This document shows positions 1 through 8,529 of a stretch of DNA of 64,000 nt, piece after piece. The translations under genes and the position numbers were made by a program. Position 1 is the stretch's first letter; each line of letters starts with the position of its first letter. Source of the stretch: a virus (Duplodnaviria > Heunggongvirae > Uroviricota > Caudoviricetes); IMG/VR virus record IMGVR_UViG_3300027712_000017. One strand, 5' to 3'. The notes under the pieces were generated by a model, which worked only from the letters and a program-made list of their open reading frames with translations, ran no database searches and was not told where the DNA came from.

Positions 1-267
1 AACGATCTAGTTGTTGAATACGATACAAAAGCTGAATTGTGGACTACAACTAATACTCCCGAACTTCGCTTTATTCCAGTTGAAGGTCTTTCAGTTTATG
101 TCAGCACTGACGTTGACTTGCAAGATGTAAACTTCGCAGGAGCAGAAGTTGGTGTCGAATACTACCCAGACATCGCAAAGCTAGATTTGGTCACTTATGT
201 GAAATCTACTTCTGATGCAGATTTCAACTTTGACGGCGCAATCGTTGGCGCTGAATTGAAGTTCTAA
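1..267 (+). CDS. Partial ORF (5' end outside window); putative outer-membrane beta-barrel protein C-terminus
   Basis: Frame 1 is open from base 1 (NDLVVEYDTKAELW...). It shows alternating hydrophobic/polar strands (GLSVYVSTD, GAEVGVEYY) and ends ...AIVGAELKF* with a terminal Phe. Confidence 0.55.
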   Translation, partial: NDLVVEYDTKAELWTTTNTPELRFIPVEGLSVYVSTDVDLQDVNFAGAEVGVEYYPDIAKLDLVTYVKSTSDADFNFDGAIVGAELKF

Positions 268-285
268 TCTAGAGGAACCAGGTCT

Positions 286-474
286 GTGAAAATTATCATC
301 GAAGAAACTATCGTGAAAGCAGCAGCCGCTAAAAGCGGACCTGGTTCGACCTTCCATAAAATATTGATTGACGGTGCAAAATTCTCAAGGGCAGGATTGA
401 CACCTAAGTACATCTATGATGATATATTAGAGATGATAGAAGTCACTTTTGACGAAAAACGAAAAATGAATTGA
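286..474 (+). CDS. Hypothetical protein, 62 aa
   Basis: GTG start after AGAGGA; tightly packed between neighbouring ORFs. Confidence 0.55.
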   Translation: MKIIIEETIVKAAAAKSGPGSTFHKILIDGAKFSRAGLTPKYIYDDILEMIEVTFDEKRKMN

Positions 475-481
475 GGGCACT

Positions 482-892
482 ATGACATTTGATGAATGGT
501 TTAAACTAAACAAAGATATGTTGAAATCTGCGTATGATGCGGGTTTCCAAGAAGGATCTAAACAACCTGTTCCTTTAACTGTTACGACAGTTCCGACACC
601 GCCATATGTTAAATATCCCACGGCAGCAAATCCCAGACCTGATGATCCGTTCAAACGAACTCACGAAGCAACATGGCCTAATATCAAGTCATGCTCGAAA
701 TGCGGGATTAATTTGTCGGGTGTTATGGGTTATGTTTGTTATGATCTACAATGTCCGACACAGATGAGAATCACTTCAGGCGGCGGATTTACTCTTAGCG
801 GCGTAGCACATTCAAGTGGTAGTATTGGTGCTGTAGGCAGTGATAGATATAGTGATACTTGTGGTTATACTAATTGTAAGGATAAAAAATAA
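482..892 (+). CDS. Hypothetical protein with a Cys cluster (CSKC...C...CP), possible zinc finger
   Basis: 136-aa ORF with GAGGG upstream; CxxC-x12-C-x4-C spacing. Confidence 0.6.
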   Translation: MTFDEWFKLNKDMLKSAYDAGFQEGSKQPVPLTVTTVPTPPYVKYPTAANPRPDDPFKRTHEATWPNIKSCSKCGINLSGVMGYVCYDLQCPTQMRITSGGGFTLSGVAHSSGSIGAVGSDRYSDTCGYTNCKDKK

Positions 893-1480
893 TTGCGTGT
901 ATATATCGGACCGTATCGGTATCGTTGGGTCAGCGCTATTCATCACAAATATATGAATTGGAAATACGATCATGATTGGTGCAATAGTCATAATGGGTTT
1001 GAGCGTTTTCTTGAAAAACTAGAATACTTTTTGCAAACTATTTACAATGCAACTATCAATCAAATCCTTGATGGTCGTAAAGATCAAAAGGTAAAAGTTC
1101 GCATTGACAATTATGATGTATGGGGTATGGATGATACCCTCGCATTGATCGTTGATCCTATGTTGAAGTTGCTTAAAGAGAATAAGCATGGATCGCCATA
1201 TGTTGACAATGCTGATGTTCCAGAAGAACTTCGCCATCCAGTCACTGATGATCCTGATCATGATGATACTATTCACAAGCGTTGGGATTGGGTTCTCAAT
1301 GAAATGATATGGGCGTTTGAACAAAAAGCACGTCCGGGTGGGTGGGAATCTGACTTCTATAACTTTGGTCCTAACGGCAATTACATTAGTTCAGATTCCG
1401 AAGGTGTGCAGAAGCATCAGAATCGTATGAGCAATGGTTTTCGACTATTTGGTCGCTATTACGAGGCATTGTGGGACTGA
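893..1480 (+). CDS. Hypothetical phage protein, 195 aa
   Basis: TTG start abutting the previous stop; stop overlaps the next start (TGATG). Confidence 0.7.
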   Translation: MRVYIGPYRYRWVSAIHHKYMNWKYDHDWCNSHNGFERFLEKLEYFLQTIYNATINQILDGRKDQKVKVRIDNYDVWGMDDTLALIVDPMLKLLKENKHGSPYVDNADVPEELRHPVTDDPDHDDTIHKRWDWVLNEMIWAFEQKARPGGWESDFYNFGPNGNYISSDSEGVQKHQNRMSNGFRLFGRYYEALWD

Positions 1481-1710
1481 TGAAAGCACCTATGCAGTTT
1501 AACTCGACACTTGTTGAGGAAGTAGAATTCATTGTTAAAAATCGCAAGATTGAATACATGGATGCTGTTATTATGTGGTGTGAAATGAACAATCATGAAA
1601 TTGAGTTTGCAGGTGATCTTATTCGTCGTCATGCAGTTCTTAAATCTAAAATTCAGTTAGAAGCAGAAAACCTCAACTTCATGCGAAAGAGTTCTCGGTT
1701 ACCTATATGA
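1480..1710 (+). CDS. gp33: Late-promoter transcription co-activator gp33
   Basis: IEYMDAVIMWCEMNNHEIE...KSKIQLEAENLNFM...RLPI matches gp33; lies directly before gp59 and gp32. Likely start is ATG 1480 rather than GTG 1471. Confidence 0.85.
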   Translation: MKAPMQFNSTLVEEVEFIVKNRKIEYMDAVIMWCEMNNHEIEFAGDLIRRHAVLKSKIQLEAENLNFMRKSSRLPI

Positions 1711-2291
1711 GTACAGCATACGATGTTTTCAAAGATTACATTGCGCTGAAGAATCATTTCACAACCAAATCATACGACTACTTCAAATATCAAGGTAAAT
1801 CTCGATCAATTACACCCGAGAAATACAATCAAAGAAAAGACAAAGTTTTCTTCATGAAGTTGGCAAAACATAGGGATCCTAAACATTTCCTCGTTGCCAA
1901 CTTCATTGAAGGAGATACATGGATTGGTTCGCTTGCATATAATGAACAAGCGCAAAACACATATACCAATTGGTTAAAGCGAACACAATCGCTTACCTAT
2001 ATTTTCCAGAACGAAATAGAACAACTTAACGATGAGTTCAATTCGAATTTCATCGTTGAAGAAGGGCAACACCCAAACGCTTTAAAACTGTATCTGCGAA
2101 AAGAAATATCAATCGAAACACTCGTCATTCTTATTGATGTTGTTAGATGTTTTTCGCATTGGCAAAGGCATATGAGTGAAGACATTGTATGGAAAGAGTT
2201 GTCTCATAAATTAATGAAATACAAACCTTTCCTACAATATGATAGGGCAAAATGCAAAAAGATTTTGCTTGATCATTTCAAAACTGCATGA
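1707..2291 (+). CDS. gp59: Helicase loader gp59
   Basis: YIALKNHFTTKSYDYFKYQGK and EISIETLVILID motifs; 33-59-32 synteny. Confidence 0.9.
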   Translation: MSTAYDVFKDYIALKNHFTTKSYDYFKYQGKSRSITPEKYNQRKDKVFFMKLAKHRDPKHFLVANFIEGDTWIGSLAYNEQAQNTYTNWLKRTQSLTYIFQNEIEQLNDEFNSNFIVEEGQHPNALKLYLRKEISIETLVILIDVVRCFSHWQRHMSEDIVWKELSHKLMKYKPFLQYDRAKCKKILLDHFKTA

Positions 2292-2297
2292 TACAAT
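2269..2297 (+). promoter_or_regulatory. Sigma70-like promoter upstream of gene 32
   Basis: TTGATC (2269-2274), a 17-nt spacer, then TACAAT (2292-2297). Confidence 0.55.
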
Positions 2298-2304
2298 GCA
2301 TATA

Positions 2305-2416
2305 TAATGTATCGTTTATGACGCACAAACCGGTGTTATGATCATTAATGCGACATCTTCGATACATTAAATACAAAACATACAAACATTTTATACAAAT
2401 TATACGGAGAATACAT
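2305..2416 (+). promoter_or_regulatory. Gene 32 leader: long hairpin followed by A-rich repeats (putative translational operator)
   Basis: TAATGTATCG (2305-2314) is the exact reverse complement of CGATACATTA (2360-2369). ATGACGCA/TGCGACAT forms an inner 7-of-8 stem. Three ATACAAA copies follow, before GGAG and ATG 2417. Confidence 0.55.
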
Positions 2417-3352
2417 ATGGCACTTTCATTTGCTGAAATGAAGAAATCTCGTCAAAACACACTTGAGTCATTGACCAAGGAATTGACAAAACTCCAGACG
2501 CCCAATGGCGGCGCAGACGACGATGCTCGTTTCTGGAAACCAACTGTTGACAAAGCAGGCAACGGTATGGCAACTATTCGCTTCCTACCTCCAATCGCTG
2601 GTGAAGATATGCCTTTTGTGCGTATGTTCTCACACGGGTTTAAAGGCCCGACCGGTTTGTGGTATATCGAGAACTCATTGACTACTCTCGGTAAGAATGA
2701 TCCTGTTTCAGAATATAACTCTGAATTGTGGAATTCGACCACTGATGATGCATCACCCGCTCGTAAGCAAGTGCGTGATCAGAAGCGTAAGCTGAACTTC
2801 ATCTCGAACATTTATGTCGTGAAGGACAGTGCAAATCCTGCAAACGAAGGCAAGGTATTCTTGTATCAGTATGGCAAGAAAATCTTCGACAAAGTCAACG
2901 AAGCAGTTAAGCCTCCTTCACAATTTGAAGATGAAAAACCTATGAACCCATTTAATTTGTGGGAAGGTGCAAACTTCAAATTGAAGATTCGTCAAGTTGA
3001 AGGTTATCGTAATTATGACAAAAGTGAATTTGAAGCTCCATCACCTTTGAGCAATGATGACGATGTTCTCGAAACCATTTGGAAGAGTGAATATCCATTG
3101 CAAGAATTGGTCGGTCCTGATAAGTTCAAGTCGTATGACGAACTTAAGGCAAAGCTGGTTCGTGTATTGGGTCTTGATGGAAATCCTATGGTATCGCGTA
3201 ACAGAACAGCAGAGAACAACTCGTATGATACAAATGTAGAATCTGCACCTAGTCAGCGAACTGCGACCGCTCCTAAAATTGAATCTTCTTCATTCGCGGA
3301 TGACGATGATGACAATATGGAGTTTTTCAAGAATCTTGCTGATGGAGACTAA
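2417..3352 (+). CDS. gp32: Single-stranded DNA-binding protein gp32
   Basis: DDARFWKPTVDKAGNGMATIRFLP, HGFKGPTGLWYIENSL and YGKKIFDK motifs, with an acidic tail. The start with an SD is ATG 2417, not 2348. Confidence 0.97.
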   Translation: MALSFAEMKKSRQNTLESLTKELTKLQTPNGGADDDARFWKPTVDKAGNGMATIRFLPPIAGEDMPFVRMFSHGFKGPTGLWYIENSLTTLGKNDPVSEYNSELWNSTTDDASPARKQVRDQKRKLNFISNIYVVKDSANPANEGKVFLYQYGKKIFDKVNEAVKPPSQFEDEKPMNPFNLWEGANFKLKIRQVEGYRNYDKSEFEAPSPLSNDDDVLETIWKSEYPLQELVGPDKFKSYDELKAKLVRVLGLDGNPMVSRNRTAENNSYDTNVESAPSQRTATAPKIESSSFADDDDDNMEFFKNLADGD

Positions 3353-3371
3353 TAGTTCAGAAATGAACGTG

Positions 3372-3401
3372 AAGGGAGAGCTTAATTGCTCTCCCTTTTT
3401 T
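3372..3401. terminator. Intrinsic terminator between convergent gp32 and the minus-strand block
   Basis: AAGGGAGAGC-ttaatt-GCTCTCCCTT followed by a T tract. Confidence 0.85.
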
Positions 3402-3402
3402 A

Positions 3403-5010
3403 TTAAGTAAACATTCCGGAATTTTGAAATATAGTTTGTTCAAATACAGTTGCCGCAGGATACGGACTATCAGTTCCTGCGGTAGGATAACCAGTTGTTT
3501 CACTATTATACATGACAGGTTGCGATTGCACAGGTTTTTGTGATTTTGTTTTAGTAGGTGCAACTTTTGCTGCCATAAATGTTTTTGATGACAAATCACT
3601 CAATGTTTTACCTATAGATGATACCATCGAAGATAATGAAGAACCTATTTCACTAATACCACTTAATCCCGTATTTGCTGACATACCTTTGACAGGTTGA
3701 CTGCCATTTAACATACTTTCATGGCTTGAACCTATATTTCCTCCGCCGACATTTCCTACTGTTGTCTTATCATTTTGTGCTGTTTCTTGATTAGGTGGCG
3801 AGTAACTAGCATTTTGAGCGACTGCTGGTGAACTAGTTTGTTGTTGAACTATTCCCGTATTTTTGAAACGAATTACATCTGAAATAAATTTAATTTCATC
3901 TGCTTTTAAAGTTATTTCATCAGTCTTTGAATTTTCATTCATAGAATATGATGTTGGGGATGCTGCACCAAAACTTCTTTGACCTTGAAATCCGGATGGA
4001 GATATAAATTCTCCAATTGATTTCATGTTGCGAAACAATTTATAAAGATCATAAATTGTTTTTAATCCTTTAGCTTCTCCTAAATACGGTACTAGATATG
4101 ATAATGCATTTAACATATCCATTGTAGATAATGGCTGATCACCTAATGCATTATCTCCGACTGCAAGTCCTGGTCCATCTCCTTGATATTTCCACCAATC
4201 TTCAGGTACTAATCCTTGCGAAGCAGCTGCAGGTAACTCACCCGGATGTTCTTTTTCGGGGGGATTAGGATTATTTGCAGGTGTTTGTGGTTCAGGCTTG
4301 AAAATCGGTTTAGCATCTGGTATTAGCGGCTCGGGATTATTCGCAGGTATCAGTGGTTCGCTTGGACCAGGTTTGAAAATTGGTCTAGAATCAGGTCCCG
4401 GCACAGTTATGGGCGGGGTTTCAGGGGCCGGGTTATCTAAAGGTTTAGGAGTCTCTGCTGGCTGTGCAGGTTCAATAACTGGCTCTGGAACAGGTGCGGG
4501 TGCTGTTCCAGGAATAACTGGCTGATCCGCAGGCGCAGGTTCTCCTAATGGTATTGGTTTTGTAATAGGGGGTGCTGCAGGTATAGGTGAAGGTTTTGTT
4601 ATAGGTGCAGGCTGAGCCCCCGGGATTTGTTGCGGCTGTGGCGCAAATATTTCACCAGGAACCGCTTGTCCTTGACGTTGGCCCTGTCTTTGTCTTTGTG
4701 GTTCTTCTTCTTCGTTACCTGGTCTATTTCTTCTTCTTTTTCTTCCATCATCAGATTCATCTTTGCTGTCATCATGATTACAGCAGCAAGGATTCAAAAC
4801 TTTTACAGGTATATAGCCATTATCATCAAAAAATTTGTCTAAATTAGGCATACCGCTAGTTTGATGCTTAAATAGATTTTGATTCTCAGATAAAAAATTG
4901 TAAATTAAATCTAATTCTAATGCAGCATTTTCATTGAAAGCATTTGCTTTCACTAATTGAGAATTAATATCATCAATCTTGTTGCTTAAATTTTCGTTTT
5001 CTTCTTCCAT
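3403..5010 (-). CDS. Pro-rich 535-aa virion-associated protein (hub/tape-measure region), paralogue of 5022-6962
   Basis: Long ORF downstream of gp26/gp51-like; contains PITKP and PIFKP repeats; shares NGYIPVKV(L/I)NPCC with its neighbour. Confidence 0.7.
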   Translation of the reverse strand: MEEENENLSNKIDDINSQLVKANAFNENAALELDLIYNFLSENQNLFKHQTSGMPNLDKFFDDNGYIPVKVLNPCCCNHDDSKDESDDGRKRRRNRPGNEEEEPQRQRQGQRQGQAVPGEIFAPQPQQIPGAQPAPITKPSPIPAAPPITKPIPLGEPAPADQPVIPGTAPAPVPEPVIEPAQPAETPKPLDNPAPETPPITVPGPDSRPIFKPGPSEPLIPANNPEPLIPDAKPIFKPEPQTPANNPNPPEKEHPGELPAAASQGLVPEDWWKYQGDGPGLAVGDNALGDQPLSTMDMLNALSYLVPYLGEAKGLKTIYDLYKLFRNMKSIGEFISPSGFQGQRSFGAASPTSYSMNENSKTDEITLKADEIKFISDVIRFKNTGIVQQQTSSPAVAQNASYSPPNQETAQNDKTTVGNVGGGNIGSSHESMLNGSQPVKGMSANTGLSGISEIGSSLSSMVSSIGKTLSDLSSKTFMAAKVAPTKTKSQKPVQSQPVMYNSETTGYPTAGTDSPYPAATVFEQTIFQNSGMFT

Positions 5011-5021
5011 TTAATTACCTA

Positions 5022-6962
5022 TCAAACCCATGGATTGCGTGCTAAAGTAGCATCGTCAAGCATGTCAAACATATCATGGAACGCAGCCCATGGTTCATCA
5101 ACTGGCGGCGCAGATGATTTAACGTTTATGATTGACGCAGAAGAAACAGCAGGAGCTACTGTCGGTGCCGCCGGAGGTTTATTCAGCTCTAAAGTAGTTG
5201 ATGCTGATTTTGATGCTATATCAGCATGAGGACTTAGTTCATTTGAACTATCTGTTTTTTTAGATACACCTAAATCATCAGGTAATCCGCTCAAATAATT
5301 TAATCTTTGTTGTGTCGCACCTTGAGTATCTGCAGGTCTTTCATATTGTGAAACCAATTTACTGACAATCGACGCAGCATCATCAGTTTTCATGCTTTCC
5401 CATAAACCAGGATAATCTGATTGTATTTCCCATATAGCAGCTTTTGTTTGTTCGGCTACAGTCATATCTTGTGGGTATTTACCGAAATGTTGTTTGATTT
5501 TTTCTGCTCTATTATTATCCCACTGAACAATGCCGTGAGCCATTTGATTCGGATTACTACGAGATGGATCGGCATGTACATCACCAGGTTTACTAAGAGC
5601 TTCACCGGACATATTTGCGACTAATGCTTTTGCAGCTGCGTCATTCAAACCGCTTTCAATAGCTGCTTTGTATGCTTCTGCTTGATTTTCTTTTAGTGAT
5701 CCTGTTGCAACAGTTTTATTGCTCATGTTATATCCGCCGCCATTCATTGGTATAGCAGATTCTTGAGGATTGAATGATACAGTTGATAAATCGCCGCCCA
5801 TACTGCCCCCGTATGAACCCGATGAACCTGATGAAGCACCACTACTCTGATCTATGAACTCAAATTTACCTGCTTCGTATGTGATTTCTTTCGCAACAAA
5901 ATTGATTTTTCTTGCGGTCAATATAGTGTTATCAGTATTATCTTTTGTTATACCGTAGTTACCTAATGCATCATCAGGTTTTTTGTAACTCATATTCTCT
6001 AATATTGGACTATCTTCATCACCAAAAATACTAGGATATTTGCCGCCGCCCACTCCACCTTGTCCGGGCATACCCAAATCTGGCATATTCATCGGTACGC
6101 CACGTCCGCCTCTACCTAAACTTCTATAAGGATTTTCTGCAATACCTTTTAGATTTTCGAACGCAGGTGTTCTACTGGCAGGAGTAGATGATACATTAGG
6201 TTTTGCACCAACCTGTGGGTTTGTATCAGCGGGAAAAATAGGTTTAGGTGAGGTTTCTGTGATAGTTCCCAGAGGTGTTGGCTTATTAATTATCATTACA
6301 GGAGATGCGGGCACAGAATTTTTGTCTGATGTTGCTGGTTGTTCTGCTACTACAGCATTCGGTTGCTTGACTGGATCAGGAACAGATTTTGTTGAAATAG
6401 CATCAGCTGCAGGCATTCCGCCTGTTTTTGCATTTTTTAATCTAGGATCAACTGGTATTGACATTGCATCAGCAGGTGCTGCAACTTCTTCTTCAGCAGG
6501 ATGAAATTTTGAAGCAATATATGCAAGAGCCGGAACAACTGCAGGTATAATATCTGCAAGATATTCTTTGAAACTTTTAGGTTTATCTTTATCTTTGTTT
6601 TTATCTTTATTTGCAATATTGTCTGTTGCAGATTCTTCATCACAACAAGGATTAATTACCTTGACTGGGATGTATCCATTTTCATAAAAATATGTATCTA
6701 AAGATGAGACATAAGGAACAGGTCTCATAGTTTTCAATATTTCATAGATGTCATTTAATCTAATGGCACTATCTTCAGAATAATCAGTCATCCGTTTAAT
6801 TTGTGACGATTGATCAGTTAAACGCATTTTGAATATGCCATATGATTGCGCGTCATATGAATCGGAGACTTTTTCATTCGGGTTTAAAACAGGTTTAGCC
6901 GCCGATGCAGATTTTGCACGGCGGCTTTTTTTATTTTGTGGTTGATTGTTATCGTCTGCCAT
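5022..6962 (-). CDS. 646-aa hub/tape-measure-region protein with a C-terminal phage tail lysozyme-like domain
   Basis: AAKALVANMSGE...AHGIVQWD...EQTKAAIWEI...QYERPAD resembles the Phage_lysozyme2 family; lies immediately after the gp51-like frame. Confidence 0.7.
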   Translation of the reverse strand: MADDNNQPQNKKSRRAKSASAAKPVLNPNEKVSDSYDAQSYGIFKMRLTDQSSQIKRMTDYSEDSAIRLNDIYEILKTMRPVPYVSSLDTYFYENGYIPVKVINPCCDEESATDNIANKDKNKDKDKPKSFKEYLADIIPAVVPALAYIASKFHPAEEEVAAPADAMSIPVDPRLKNAKTGGMPAADAISTKSVPDPVKQPNAVVAEQPATSDKNSVPASPVMIINKPTPLGTITETSPKPIFPADTNPQVGAKPNVSSTPASRTPAFENLKGIAENPYRSLGRGGRGVPMNMPDLGMPGQGGVGGGKYPSIFGDEDSPILENMSYKKPDDALGNYGITKDNTDNTILTARKINFVAKEITYEAGKFEFIDQSSGASSGSSGSYGGSMGGDLSTVSFNPQESAIPMNGGGYNMSNKTVATGSLKENQAEAYKAAIESGLNDAAAKALVANMSGEALSKPGDVHADPSRSNPNQMAHGIVQWDNNRAEKIKQHFGKYPQDMTVAEQTKAAIWEIQSDYPGLWESMKTDDAASIVSKLVSQYERPADTQGATQQRLNYLSGLPDDLGVSKKTDSSNELSPHADIASKSASTTLELNKPPAAPTVAPAVSSASIINVKSSAPPVDEPWAAFHDMFDMLDDATLARNPWV

Positions 6963-6964
6963 CG

Positions 6965-7162
6965 TTATTGAGCACCTGCTGCCATTTTTTGTTTCTCTTC
7001 CAATTCTTCAAGGTATTTCTTGAGCATGTCAAGATAAATATCGCGTTCAAATGGAATCATACTCTCTATATCTTCTAGGGAATATTTATGGTGTTGCAGC
7101 AGCGCAAAATTAATATTATAATAATTTTCTAACGTATTATGATTTAAACTAAGGTAAAAAAA
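6965..7162 (-). CDS. gp51: gp51-like baseplate hub assembly frame not listed in the ORF track; no start codon before its conserved part, probably reached by -1 frameshift from gp26
   Basis: Reads FFYLSLNHNTLENYYNINFALLQHHKYSLEDIESMIPFERDIYLDMLKKYLEELEEKQKMAAGAQ*, matching the short gp51-like motif (HHKYSL..IE.M.P.ER). Confidence 0.75.
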   Translation of the reverse strand, partial: FFYLSLNHNTLENYYNINFALLQHHKYSLEDIESMIPFERDIYLDMLKKYLEELEEKQKMAAGAQ

Positions 7163-7860
7163 TCGACTAACGATGTCATCAGAATTTTTCTTTCTGTGCC
7201 TTTTGAGTTAGTGTATTTTATTTCGTAATTTAAACGTGGCATGTTTAACACAAATTTCCGCATCTTATCGTAAGACAAAGAATCAAATTCATTCTCTAGA
7301 TATTGTTGCAGTTCTGCTTTTGGAACATCACCAATTTCAAATACTTCATCACCCTGGAATATTTTATCGACACAATTAGCGATAAGCATATCAAAATACT
7401 TGTTCATATCAGTTTGAGTGAACTCATCATCAGTCATAAGTGAAGATGGCGCATATTTCATAACAACAACTATGTCATCATTTATTTTAATATTCTTGTC
7501 AATATTTTCGGGAAATTTAACTGAAACTTCATCTAAATTAACTTCAAATTCATATGATTTGTCATCTTCTGAATCTATATAAGAAACCTTAGATATATTG
7601 CTGATTGAGTATGCACGAATCTTAATAAACAAATATTCAATGTCGAAAGTTGTTAAACTATCAATATCAATTTTATCGTCCATGATACAATTATTGACAA
7701 CTTGTCTAACTGCAGTTAATGCGTCTCTAGGATCTCCACCGCTTTTTGCCATAAGAAGTATTTTTTCTTCTTTAACAAGCATAGGACGAATTTTAATTTT
7801 TTTATTTGTTGATGGTATAGTCACATCAAACAGCGGGTGACTAATTTTAGGTAAAGCCAT
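7144..7860 (-). CDS. gp26: Baseplate hub assembly protein gp26
   Basis: MALPKI...IKIRPMLVKEEKILLMA, DIEYLFIKIRAYS and the terminal DFF are typical of gp26. Confidence 0.88.
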   Translation of the reverse strand: MALPKISHPLFDVTIPSTNKKIKIRPMLVKEEKILLMAKSGGDPRDALTAVRQVVNNCIMDDKIDIDSLTTFDIEYLFIKIRAYSISNISKVSYIDSEDDKSYEFEVNLDEVSVKFPENIDKNIKINDDIVVVMKYAPSSLMTDDEFTQTDMNKYFDMLIANCVDKIFQGDEVFEIGDVPKAELQQYLENEFDSLSYDKMRKFVLNMPRLNYEIKYTNSKGTERKILMTSLVDFFTLV

Positions 7861-7879
7861 AATTTACTCCATTATTAAG

Positions 7880-8527
7880 TTATTGTGGTCCTATTACAGT
7901 AGAACCCATATTCGCAGACGAAACAGAAACACTTTCTGAATACCAATCAGTGTATGTAAATGCTACAGGTATTTTCATATAATCGTTTGTATCATTCCAA
8001 TTTAATTGTATGTCACCCATATCAGTAGGATATGCGTCTCTTAATACTACCTTAATTATTTCATCCGTATTCTCTTTAAATACATGAATTGATATATCAG
8101 TTATGTAGTTATCTTTATATGCTAGCTCATATGATCTTGATGAGCCAGTTCCATTAGATTTCAAATTTTTCAAATCGCCATCTCGAACATCAAAATTATG
8201 AATCATTTTTATCCAATTATAAAAGAATGAATGCATGGCACCCTTACTATCACCCATGAACGTCATTGACACGTTATTAAAAGATGAACTAGAAGGCCTT
8301 TTTTCTGTAACACCATAGCCATATCGTCTAATTTGGGTAGTTTGTAGGGAAACACCGGGCAAGTTTGAACTATCACACCATAACTCTACGTATCTTGCTG
8401 TATTTTTAAGATCAGAATTTCCACTAAATCCTACAGGGTAAGGCATTCTTACAAAAAACTTATTGTTTCGTAAAATGCCGTTAGCATTCAAATGCGATGT
8501 GAAATTTGCTATATTAAATCCAGACAT
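7880..8527 (-). CDS. Tail tube-fold baseplate protein (gp54-like tube initiator)
   Basis: FNIANFTSHL...RNNKFFV...CDSSNLPG...FNNVSMTF...AYPTDMGDIQLNW...VAFTY is a tube-family pattern. Confidence 0.7.
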   Translation of the reverse strand: MSGFNIANFTSHLNANGILRNNKFFVRMPYPVGFSGNSDLKNTARYVELWCDSSNLPGVSLQTTQIRRYGYGVTEKRPSSSSFNNVSMTFMGDSKGAMHSFFYNWIKMIHNFDVRDGDLKNLKSNGTGSSRSYELAYKDNYITDISIHVFKENTDEIIKVVLRDAYPTDMGDIQLNWNDTNDYMKIPVAFTYTDWYSESVSVSSANMGSTVIGPQ

Positions 8528-8529
8528 TT

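Noticed and set aside
2263-2270. TTTGCTT as a T4 MotA middle-promoter box
   Set aside because: No -10 element at the required 11-13 nt spacing; a sigma70-like -35/-10 pair fits better.
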